Positions 46,703-55,269 of a stretch of DNA of 60,701 bases are shown in pieces (the stretch's first letter is position 1; each line of letters starts with the position of its first letter). Under the pieces are notes generated by a model. The model made no database searches, was not told the DNA's origin, and was given only the letters and a program-made list of their open reading frames with translations. Both the position numbers and the translations under genes were made by a program. The stretch comes from an uncultured delta proteobacterium (GTDB lineage: Bacteria; Myxococcota_A; Polyangia; Palsa-1104): NCBI GenBank assembly GCA_963785725.1, contig CAWAWS010000012.1, forward strand, positions 1 through 60,701, in the 5' to 3' direction.

Positions 46703-47640
46703 AACGCACGGCGCTCATCTGGGCGCTGCCGACACTGCTCATGGCTGGAACGGCGTCGGCCTACGTGCGCGCGCGCACCGACGCCGGCGTGCCGCTGCGC
46801 TGGCCGGGCGACTGCGTGTACATGGAGCCGGACAGCGGCGGCACGCCCGACATCGACGACACGACGCTGTTCGCGACGCTGCAATCCACGGTGCTGCACA
46901 ATTGGGACGATCCGCTGGCGGGCGCGAGCTACATCTCGCTGCACTACGACATGCCGGCGGAGCTGGAAGCGGCGCTCGACGGCATCAACATGATCAAATT
47001 TCGCACCGACGTCTGGTGTCACGCCGGCAACCCGAAGGACACCTGTTACTCGAGCGTGGCCACGGCGATCACGAGCGTGCTCTTCGTCGAGGATGGTCAT
47101 ACCGGCGCGGGCACGATCCTCGACACCGACGTGGAGATGAACGACATCGACTTCATCTTCACCAACCTGCCGACGATGCCGGCGAACGTGCCGGCGGGAC
47201 GCAGCGTGGCCGACTTGGAGAACACGCTCACGCACGAGCTCGGTCACGTCTTGGGGCTCGATCATACGTGCTCGGTGCCGGGTGTGACGCCGGCCTCGGA
47301 AGTCGACGACACGGGCGTCTTTCCGCCGGCCTGCGACGCGCTCGCCAGCTTGCCCGCGGCCGAGCAGACGAAGATCGAAACGGCGACGATGTATCCGACG
47401 TATTCGGCCGGCGAAATCTCCAAGCGCACGCCGCATCCCGACGACTTGGCCGGCGTCGAGGCCGACTATCCGACGGCGAGCGATCCAAAGAGCTGCACGC
47501 ACGCCAGCGTGGGCGCGTTCCAGAAGAGCTCCTGCGCCGTGGCGCCGCATGGACGCACACCGGCAGCGATCGTGCTTCTGATGTTGGCGCTGCTCGGTCT
47601 GTTACGCCGGCGAGCGCGCGCGCACACTTCTCGACAGTAG
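46699..47640 (+). CDS. Matrixin (M10)-like zinc metalloprotease with MYXO-CTERM-type tail
   Basis: HELGHVLGLDH, Met-turn TMYP; C-terminal SSCAV...hydrophobic helix-RRR. Confidence 0.88.
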   Translation: MKRTALIWALPTLLMAGTASAYVRARTDAGVPLRWPGDCVYMEPDSGGTPDIDDTTLFATLQSTVLHNWDDPLAGASYISLHYDMPAELEAALDGINMIKFRTDVWCHAGNPKDTCYSSVATAITSVLFVEDGHTGAGTILDTDVEMNDIDFIFTNLPTMPANVPAGRSVADLENTLTHELGHVLGLDHTCSVPGVTPASEVDDTGVFPPACDALASLPAAEQTKIETATMYPTYSAGEISKRTPHPDDLAGVEADYPTASDPKSCTHASVGAFQKSSCAVAPHGRTPAAIVLLMLALLGLLRRRARAHTSRQ

Positions 47641-47784
47641 CGAATCACGCGGTGTACGAAAATCACGCTGCGGCCGGCGGACGCGCCGGCTGATGCGGTA
47701 GCCAGCGACGCGATTGGCGCGAACAAGTCGCCGAAATCATGCGCGCGCCGGCGAGGCACGGCGGTTGCTTTGCGGCTCGGCATC

Positions 47785-47982
47785 ATGCGCCAACGTACCC
47801 TGCTCGATGACACGCATCACGACGGTCCCTGCTCGCCGAACCTCGCGCGGTCGATTCAGACGCAAGCCACGTACGAGCACGTCAGGCGGACGCTCGATGA
47901 AGCGCTGGCCGAGCTGCAGATGCCGCGACACATGAAGGACGACTCGGCGCGCATCACGCTGCGTCTGCCGAATTCCCGCTAA
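47785..47982 (+). CDS. Small hypothetical protein
   Basis: Fills an intergenic gap with plausible codon usage; no motif. Confidence 0.35.
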   Translation: MRQRTLLDDTHHDGPCSPNLARSIQTQATYEHVRRTLDEALAELQMPRHMKDDSARITLRLPNSR

Positions 47983-48910
47983 ATAGGGCGCGAATTCCAT
48001 CGCCCACCAAGTTGCAAGCGAGCACGACGGTGGCGATCGCCAGCGCCGGCGGCCACAAGAGCCACGCGCGCAGCCCGCTCGCCTGCGCCTGCGACAGCAG
48101 CTCGCCCCAGCTCGCCGTCGGTGGCGGCACGCCGAAGCCCAGAAACGTGAGCGCGCTCTCGAAGAGCACGGCCTGGCCGACGCCGAACGCGGCGGCGGTG
48201 GCAGCGGGCGCCAGCGCCAGCGGCAACACGTGACGGACGAGCAGGCGCGCGCGGCCGGCGCCGAGCGCGCGCGCCGCTTCGACGTGCGGCGACGCGGCGA
48301 CGCGCAGCGACTCGGCGCGCACGAGCCGGGCGACATGCGGCCATTGCGTCAGCGCGATGGCCAGCGTCACCTCGGTCAGCGACAGCGACGCGGTCAAACC
48401 TTGAACGGCGACGAGCAAGAGCAGCGTCGGGAACATCAGGCCGACCTCGATGGCGCGGCCGAGGACGAGATCGGCGGCGCGGCCGAGCGACGCCAGCGCG
48501 CCGACGGCGATGCCGAGCAGCAGATAGAGCGCGACGGCGAGCGGCCCGACGACGACGGCGACGCGGCTGCCGTGCACGAGCCGCGCGGCGACGTCGCGCC
48601 CGCGATCGTCGGTGCCGAGCCAATGCGCGCGCGACGGCGGCGACAGAACGTCGGTTACGCCGTGCGGATGCTGCTCATTTGGGCCGTATGGAATCGGCGT
48701 GCGCAGCTGCCAGTCGTCGTCGTAGAGCGGCGCCAAGGCGGGCGGCCGCGTCAGGCAGGGCAAGAGGTAGAGCCGACCTTCGTGACGACAGGCGAGCGGC
48801 AGATCGGACGCTACGAGATCGGCGGCGAGCGCCACGAGCACGAGCGCGACGAGCAGCGCCAAGCCCGCCCGCGCGCCTGGCGCCGACGCAAATTGCCGCC
48901 AGCGGCTCAC
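47954..48910 (-). CDS. Opp/Dpp ABC permease (OppC-like)
   Basis: HWLGTDDRGRD, EAARALGA, ESALTFLGFG..P..SWG. Confidence 0.9.
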   Translation of the reverse strand: MSRWRQFASAPGARAGLALLVALVLVALAADLVASDLPLACRHEGRLYLLPCLTRPPALAPLYDDDWQLRTPIPYGPNEQHPHGVTDVLSPPSRAHWLGTDDRGRDVAARLVHGSRVAVVVGPLAVALYLLLGIAVGALASLGRAADLVLGRAIEVGLMFPTLLLLVAVQGLTASLSLTEVTLAIALTQWPHVARLVRAESLRVAASPHVEAARALGAGRARLLVRHVLPLALAPAATAAAFGVGQAVLFESALTFLGFGVPPPTASWGELLSQAQASGLRAWLLWPPALAIATVVLACNLVGDGIRALFSGNSADAA

Positions 48911-49812
48911 GTCGCGCGTCCGCGCAGGCGGGGATCGACGAGCCCGTAGGCGACGTCGGCGGCAAGGACGCAGGCCAGCGTCACGAGCGCGCCCAGCGTC
49001 GTGATGGCGAGCAACAGCGGCGCGTCACGGGTCAGCACGGCGTCGAACGCGAGGTGGCCGATGCCGTGCAATCCGAAGATCTGCTCGACGACGACGGCGG
49101 CCGACAGGAGCGCGGGCAGCTCGGCGCCGAGCAGCGTCACCATCGGCACCAGCGCGTTGGCGAGCACATGGCGCGCGATCGTGAGCGCGCCGCCACCTTT
49201 GGCGCGCGCCGTCGTCAGGTAGTCGGCGGCGAGCGCGGCGCGAACGGCCGCGCGCTGATAGCGCGCCAAACGCGCGACTTCGGCAAGGGCGAGACAGGCG
49301 GCCGCGGGCACGAGCGACCCGAGCGAATGGCCGCCATAAGCCGCGCCGGCGCGCAACGCCCACAGCGCCACTGCCGCGGCCGGCGTGGCGTAGGCGACGT
49401 AGGTGAGCGCCGTCAGCGCGCGCGCCCAGCCGCGGCCGGCGCCGAGACCGAGGGCGACGCCGAGCGGCACGGCGACGCCGAACGCCAACGCCGCGGCCAA
49501 GAGCGCCAGCGCCAGCGTCGTCGGCAGCGCCGCGGAGAGCTTGTCGCGCACCGGCCGGCCGTCGACGAGCGAGACGCCGAAGTCGAGCCGCGTCGAACGC
49601 CAAAGCCAGGCGCCATATTGCGTCGCCAGCGGCCGATCGAGCCCATATTGCCGGCGCAGCGTCGTCTCGGCCGCCGCCGACGCGCCGCGCGAATCGGCCG
49701 TTTGCAGGAGCGCCGCGTCGCCGGGCAAGACGTGCAAGAGCGCGAACGTGACCAGCGTGATGCCGACGAGCGTCGCCGGCACCGTCGCCAGCCGCCGAAC
49801 GATTGTCACCAC
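48907..49812 (-). CDS. Opp/Dpp ABC permease (OppB-like)
   Basis: YGLDRPL..QY, DFGVS, DYLTTARAKG, VEQIF..GIG. Confidence 0.9.
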   Translation of the reverse strand: MVTIVRRLATVPATLVGITLVTFALLHVLPGDAALLQTADSRGASAAAETTLRRQYGLDRPLATQYGAWLWRSTRLDFGVSLVDGRPVRDKLSAALPTTLALALLAAALAFGVAVPLGVALGLGAGRGWARALTALTYVAYATPAAAVALWALRAGAAYGGHSLGSLVPAAACLALAEVARLARYQRAAVRAALAADYLTTARAKGGGALTIARHVLANALVPMVTLLGAELPALLSAAVVVEQIFGLHGIGHLAFDAVLTRDAPLLLAITTLGALVTLACVLAADVAYGLVDPRLRGRAT

Positions 49813-49830
49813 GGCGTCTTCACGGCGGGC

Positions 49831-51474
49831 TCACGGCTGAATCCAAGCGCGCGCGAAGTCGAACCCGTCCGGCGACGGCGGCAACGCGCGCACGCGCGGC
49901 GACTCCAGCGTCTCCACTTCGCGCATCGACAAGAACGTGTACGGCTGCTCGTCGGCGATCAGCCGATGCAGCTGACGGTCGAGCGCATGGCGCGCGTCGG
50001 CGTCGGCGGTGGCGCGAATCTGCGTCAACAACGCGTCGGCGGGCGCGCTCTTCCAGCCGCCGTAGTTCTGCCCTTCGCCCGAGTGAAACAGCGTGTAGTT
50101 GTCCTCTTCGCGCATGAGCTTCCACTGCAGCGCCGAGGCGTCGAAGCGATGGTCGCGCAGCCGCTCCAGCTGCACGGCGAAGTCGACCGTCGCCACGTCG
50201 ACGGTGACGCCGGCCGGCGCGAAGTCCTCCTTCAAGAGCGTCGCCAGCTGCTCGACGGTGCGCGAGCCGGCGGTGGCCAAGAACGTCAGCTTCAGCGTCG
50301 TGACGCCGGCTTCGGCGAGCAGCTTCTTGGCGGCGGCGGGATCGTACGGCAACGCGGCAATCGTCGCGTCATACGACGGCGTCCCCGGCGCGTACGGCCC
50401 GGTCACGGCATGCGCATGGCCGCCGAACGCGATGAGGTTGAAGCGCGCGCGATCGACCAACATCGTGAGCGCACGGCGGACGCGCGGATCGGCGAGCCGC
50501 CCGCGCTCGGCGTTCCAGACGATGAAGAAGTAAGCCGGCGGCGTCCAAGTATAGATGCGATGGCGGGCGAGCTTGGGCTCGCTGCGCACGTCGTCGAAGT
50601 GGTTGGGCGGCACGCTCCACAAAAGATCGAGGTCACCGCGCAGATAGAGCTCGTAGGCGACTTGGCGATCGCGAATGAAGCGGAACCGGACGCGCTCGAG
50701 ATGCGCCGGCGTGCCCCAATATTTCGGATTGCGCTCGAGGATCAGCTCGTCGCCTTGGCGCCAGGAGACGAAGCGGAACGGGCCGGTGCCGACCGGCGCG
50801 CGCGACGCCTCGGCGCGACGGAGGTCTTTGCCGCGATAGAGATGCGCCGGCAAGATGCCGAGATGCGCCAGCGCCTGCGGCAAGAACGGCGCCGGTCGCG
50901 ACAGGCGCAGCACGATCGTGTCCGCGGTCGGCGTCTCGATGGCGCTGACCGGGTCGAAGTCGACGCGCTGGTCGGCGCCGACCGCCGGATCGCGCGCCCG
51001 GTCGATCGTGAAGAGGACGTCGGCGGCCGAGAACGGCTGACCGTCATGCCACTGCACACCCGCGCGCAGCTTGAGCGTGACCGCGCTCGGCTGCACGTCG
51101 AAGGACGCGGCCAACCGCGGCGTCATCAGCCCCGTCCACGGATCTTGCTGCACCAGCGTCTCGATCACTTGGTTCTCGAGGATCCAGCGGCTCCAGGCGT
51201 CATGCTCGACGAGGTCACACAAGATCGCTGGCTCGGCCTCGACGTGCACGACGAGCTCGCCGCCGTCGCGCGGCGGGCCGTCGTCGACGGCCGGGCAGCC
51301 GCGATCGTCGCAGGCGATGCGCGTGGCCGCCGTCGGCGACGTGACGATCGCGACGGCGGCGGCGTCGGTCGCGACGGCGGCCGGCGGCGGTGTCGCTCGC
51401 CGCGCGCAGCCGGCGACGGCGGCCAACGCCGCCCAAACCGCGGCCATCGTCGCCGTCGAGGTGTGTATGCGCAT
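49831..51474 (-). CDS. Peptide ABC transporter substrate-binding lipoprotein (family 5)
   Basis: Lipobox VAGC; LRAGVQWHDGQPFSAADV.FT, PVGTGPF, LERNPKYWG. Confidence 0.9.
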   Translation of the reverse strand: MRIHTSTATMAAVWAALAAVAGCARRATPPPAAVATDAAAVAIVTSPTAATRIACDDRGCPAVDDGPPRDGGELVVHVEAEPAILCDLVEHDAWSRWILENQVIETLVQQDPWTGLMTPRLAASFDVQPSAVTLKLRAGVQWHDGQPFSAADVLFTIDRARDPAVGADQRVDFDPVSAIETPTADTIVLRLSRPAPFLPQALAHLGILPAHLYRGKDLRRAEASRAPVGTGPFRFVSWRQGDELILERNPKYWGTPAHLERVRFRFIRDRQVAYELYLRGDLDLLWSVPPNHFDDVRSEPKLARHRIYTWTPPAYFFIVWNAERGRLADPRVRRALTMLVDRARFNLIAFGGHAHAVTGPYAPGTPSYDATIAALPYDPAAAKKLLAEAGVTTLKLTFLATAGSRTVEQLATLLKEDFAPAGVTVDVATVDFAVQLERLRDHRFDASALQWKLMREEDNYTLFHSGEGQNYGGWKSAPADALLTQIRATADADARHALDRQLHRLIADEQPYTFLSMREVETLESPRVRALPPSPDGFDFARAWIQP

Positions 51475-51569
51475 TCCGTCGCATCGTACATCGTGCGCAA
51501 ATTGCTTGGCAAAACAGAATCCACCGTGCTACGACGGGCGACGATATGAACCCCCTGCGAGGCCCTCAT

Positions 51570-52202
51570 ATGTCGCGCAACGCGCTCCTCGGTGGCCTGC
51601 TCCTTTTCATCGCGGCCGGCTGCTCCACAAACTCTTCCGGCGCGTCGATGAACGATCCGTCCGAAGGCTCGGCGCTGCCGCCGATCAAGGTCGATCTGCC
51701 GTCGCCGCCGTCGTTCGCGGCCTCGGACATTCCGGAGAAGAACCCGGACGGCACCTTCACGATTCGCGGCCTGCGCAAGCACAAGGCCGACAACCTGTCG
51801 AAGGACGTCAAGGTCAAGGCCTACCTGCTCGAAGTCTATTTGTGCCCGAAGTGCCCGAAGGGTCAGACCTGCAAGCTGTGCGATCAGCCGCACTTCTTCC
51901 TGGGCGACAAGCCGGACACCAAGAAGGAAAAGGCGCTCATGGTCGTCGACTACTTGGCGCCCAAGCAGAAGCCGCCGGCGCTCACCGTCGGCAAGCAGTA
52001 TGACGTGAGCGGCAACTACGCGATCAACTCGCCCACCGGCTTCGGCTCGTCGGACGGCCTGCTCATCTTCGACGGCATGACCGACGACAAGGGCGTGCTC
52101 CTGCAGTCGCCGGCCAAGGCGCTCGAGGCCAAGGCGCAGGCGGGCGAAGCGATCGAAGCGTCGCTGGCGGCCAAGCGCGAAGCGGCCAAAAAGGGCAAAT
52201 AA
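51570..52202 (+). CDS. Hypothetical lipoprotein with two CxxC motifs
   Basis: Lipobox AAGC; CPKC..CKLC; alternative ATG at 51546. Confidence 0.7.
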   Translation: MSRNALLGGLLLFIAAGCSTNSSGASMNDPSEGSALPPIKVDLPSPPSFAASDIPEKNPDGTFTIRGLRKHKADNLSKDVKVKAYLLEVYLCPKCPKGQTCKLCDQPHFFLGDKPDTKKEKALMVVDYLAPKQKPPALTVGKQYDVSGNYAINSPTGFGSSDGLLIFDGMTDDKGVLLQSPAKALEAKAQAGEAIEASLAAKREAAKKGK

Positions 52203-52224
52203 CGCTGCTTACGCGGAGGTTCGC

Positions 52225-53016
52225 GTGATCCAGGCGCTGCGCTCGCTCTACATTTGGGTTGGAATCGCCGTGTTGACGACGGCGATGTACGTCGTCGGCT
52301 TCCCGATGTTCGTGCTCACGATGCCGTTCGACAAGCAGCGGCGAATTGGCCATTGGTACGCGACGAGCTGGGCGCGCATCATCACCAAGCTCAACAGCCG
52401 CTGGTCATTCCAAGTCATCGGACAAGATCGCATTCCGCAAGATCGGCCGATGGTCGTCGTCTCGAACCATCAAGGGATGGGCGACATCATGGTCGCCTTC
52501 TGCATGGATTTGCACTTCAAGTGGATCAGCAAGGCGGCGAACTTCTACGTGCCGTGTATGGGCTGGTTCATGTATCACGCCGGCTATATTCCGCTGCATC
52601 GCGGCAACAAGTCGTCGATCGTGCAGTGCATGGCGCGCGCGAAGCGCTATCTCGACGACGGCGTCAGCGTGCTCTTCTTCCCCGAAGGCACGCGCAGCAA
52701 AGACGGCGACGTGCAGTCGTTCAAGCCGGGCGCGTTCAAGCTGGCGATCGACGCCGGCGTCGACATTTTGCCGATCGCCATCGCCGGCACGGTCAACGCG
52801 CTGCCCAAGCACACCTGGAAATTCTCGAACGAAGAGACGCCGATGCGCATGCTCGTCGGCGAGACGATTTCGACGCGCGGGATGACCGAAGCCGACGTGC
52901 AGCGGCTGATCGATCAGACGCGGCAGCGGGTCGTGGATTTGAAGGAAGAGCTCGAAGCGCGGCCGCTGGCGGCGCAGAAGCGAGTCGGCTCGGGCGCGCT
53001 ACGCGCCGCCGGCTAG
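52225..53016 (+). CDS. plsC: 1-acyl-sn-glycerol-3-phosphate acyltransferase family
   Basis: NHQGMGD (HX4D), FFPEGTRS, FKPGAF. Confidence 0.88.
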   Translation: MIQALRSLYIWVGIAVLTTAMYVVGFPMFVLTMPFDKQRRIGHWYATSWARIITKLNSRWSFQVIGQDRIPQDRPMVVVSNHQGMGDIMVAFCMDLHFKWISKAANFYVPCMGWFMYHAGYIPLHRGNKSSIVQCMARAKRYLDDGVSVLFFPEGTRSKDGDVQSFKPGAFKLAIDAGVDILPIAIAGTVNALPKHTWKFSNEETPMRMLVGETISTRGMTEADVQRLIDQTRQRVVDLKEELEARPLAAQKRVGSGALRAAG

Positions 53017-53024
53017 CACCTCGC

Positions 53025-53912
53025 CTAACTGCTGGGCGACCACAAGAGGCGCAGCGCCAGCCAGCTGAGCACGCAGCCAATCGCCACGAAATACCAGAAG
53101 AGACGGAGCGGACGGCGCTGCAACAGGGGCGCGATCTCGCTCGACGCGTCGATGAAGGCGTCGTCGTCGTTGTCGAGCTGCGGCTCGGGATCGCGGCGCA
53201 TCCACGGGCGCCCGTCGTGCTCGAGCGGTGGCAGCGGCTCGGGCTCGCCGTGCGGCGTCAGGTCGAAGTCGAGCAGCGCGGCGGGAAAGTCGCGCAGCGC
53301 CAGCGACGGCTCGGGCCGAACGTCTTCGGGCAGCTGATGCGCTTGGCGATGGCGCTCGAGCCGCTCGTGCAAGGCGCCGTTGGGCAGGATGAGCTCGAGC
53401 GGCGACTCGAGCGTGCGTTTGGGCGCGTCGGCGAAGAAGGCCTCGTAGTCGAAGCCGGCGCGGCTGAGCAGCATGAAGAGGCCGCTGCCGTCGCTGGCCT
53501 CGAGGTCGATGTCGCGGCACCAGTCACCCTCGTCGAAGGCGACGGCGAGATCGAAGGCGCACGACCAGTAGCTGCGTAAGGCGCGGCCATTTTCGGCGGC
53601 GAAGACCCAGAAGGTGCCGCTGACGGTCTCGGCGCCGCAGCCGACGACGATCGTCTCGAGCTCGGCCGACAGCTGGCGCACGAGGTCGCCGTGGGCGCTC
53701 AGGTCGAACATGGGATCGACGACGTAGCTCTGTCCGGCGTGCTCGCCGGCGACGAGCTCTTCGGGCAGCTCGCGATCGGTACTGGCCGCACTGGCCGTGC
53801 CGTCGCTATCGCCGGTCAGCTCGACGCCGGCGGCGACGCCGAGCGGCGCCAGTTGCGCCGTGAGCGTCGCCAGCGGACAGCGCACGGCCAGAATCCCGAA
53901 ATGCATTCCCAT
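53025..53912 (-). CDS. Hypothetical protein with C-terminal TM
   Basis: GC3-biased frame; hydrophobic C-terminus; start approximate. Confidence 0.6.
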   Translation of the reverse strand: MGMHFGILAVRCPLATLTAQLAPLGVAAGVELTGDSDGTASAASTDRELPEELVAGEHAGQSYVVDPMFDLSAHGDLVRQLSAELETIVVGCGAETVSGTFWVFAAENGRALRSYWSCAFDLAVAFDEGDWCRDIDLEASDGSGLFMLLSRAGFDYEAFFADAPKRTLESPLELILPNGALHERLERHRQAHQLPEDVRPEPSLALRDFPAALLDFDLTPHGEPEPLPPLEHDGRPWMRRDPEPQLDNDDDAFIDASSEIAPLLQRRPLRLFWYFVAIGCVLSWLALRLLWSPSS

Positions 53913-54158
53913 GAAGCTGAACCTCTCCGGTTTCCGTTGGTGAAGGAGGTTGCGAACGAAGGAGCGGGAGAACGGAAACGAGGGCGCAACGTAACAACCG
54001 TGTTTCGGGCGGACAAGGCGAAAGCACCTACTTCTACCTCGCAAATCTTTGATTTGATTGTCTCTTTCAAGAGACACGGGGAGGTTCGCGGGGTTAGGCG
54101 AGATTCGACGTATTGCCGGGGGCTCGATGTCTGCGCGACGACGCGGACTGACCGCGAT

Positions 54159-55115
54159 TCACGGCAGGCGCACGACGCCGTCGCGACAGGCGGCGTCGGC
54201 GATTTCGTCGCGTCGATCGAGCTCGGCGCGGTCCCAATGCGCCGACTGCGCGGCGGCGTCGTACGTGCTCTTGAGGAAGTCGAGGACCAGCTGCGTCGGA
54301 TTGGCGGACTTGCGAACGTCCGCGTAGTCGAGCACGAACTCGCCCAGGTCGGGCTTGAAGGCGCCTTGGCAAGGCAGCTTGGCGTCGCTCAGCCCGGCGG
54401 GCACGGGCGCGGCGTAACAATAGAACGCGGCTTGGCCATAGCCGCCGTTGCCGGGCCAGAAGCCGGCGCTGATGCATTCATGCGAGTAGGCTTCGGACTG
54501 GATCGCGTCGGCGCCGGCGCGCGGCGGCGCTTTACGGCCGTTGAAGCGCGTGCAGGCCAGATCCATCGAGCCCCAAAAGAAGTGAACCGGGCTGATCTTG
54601 CCGTAGAAGTTGGTCGCGAACTTCTTCAAGATCGCGTCGGCGCGCAAGAGGATCCGCCAAAAGCGCGTGACCGCGGCGGCGTCGTAGCTGCGATGAATGG
54701 TGTCGTCGGGAAAGCGAATCGGCGCCTGCACCTCGACCGGCAGCGGATCGAGGTGCACCGCGACGCCGAGCCGCTCGAGCGCCGCCTGATAGTCGGCGAA
54801 GAACGCGGCCACGGTCTGCGGCCGGAGCGGCAGACGCTCGCTGCCGCCGTCGCTGGTGCGGCAGACGAGCGCGTGCGCGATGAAGTCGAATTCGATGTCG
54901 AGGATGCCGCCCGAGACGAGCGGAATCGCCGACGTCCACAGCCCGCGCGCCGTCAGATAGAGCGGCACGTTCCACCAATGGTTCTGCACGGGCGCCAGCG
55001 CCAGGCGCGTCTTGCCGACCATCTGCAGGAACATGTGCAGCGTGTCCGCGGTGTCGCGCCACTCGTTCCAATCGAGGCGCGGCCAGGCGTCGTCGCCATG
55101 CGAAGTTGGGCTCAT
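54159..55115 (-). CDS. DUF5996 family protein
   Basis: W..T..TLH...QMVGK.RL, NHWWNVPLY, SPVHFFWGS.DLA.TRF, GFWPG. Confidence 0.8.
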   Translation of the reverse strand: MSPTSHGDDAWPRLDWNEWRDTADTLHMFLQMVGKTRLALAPVQNHWWNVPLYLTARGLWTSAIPLVSGGILDIEFDFIAHALVCRTSDGGSERLPLRPQTVAAFFADYQAALERLGVAVHLDPLPVEVQAPIRFPDDTIHRSYDAAAVTRFWRILLRADAILKKFATNFYGKISPVHFFWGSMDLACTRFNGRKAPPRAGADAIQSEAYSHECISAGFWPGNGGYGQAAFYCYAAPVPAGLSDAKLPCQGAFKPDLGEFVLDYADVRKSANPTQLVLDFLKSTYDAAAQSAHWDRAELDRRDEIADAACRDGVVRLP

Positions 55116-55269
55116 CAGTCGTCATCCTCACAGTGGGCGCGCCGTCGGCGCACCGGGCTCGATGGCTCGATTCCGCGAACGATGGAGGCCGAGTTGTTGT
55201 GCCGTAAGCAGATGCGGAGCGATGTCGAGGCGGGGAGGACGGACTGCGGCGAAAATAGGGCGCGGTTGG

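Noticed and set aside
51840..51895. c-type cytochrome heme-binding motif
   Set aside because: Neither CxxC is followed directly by His
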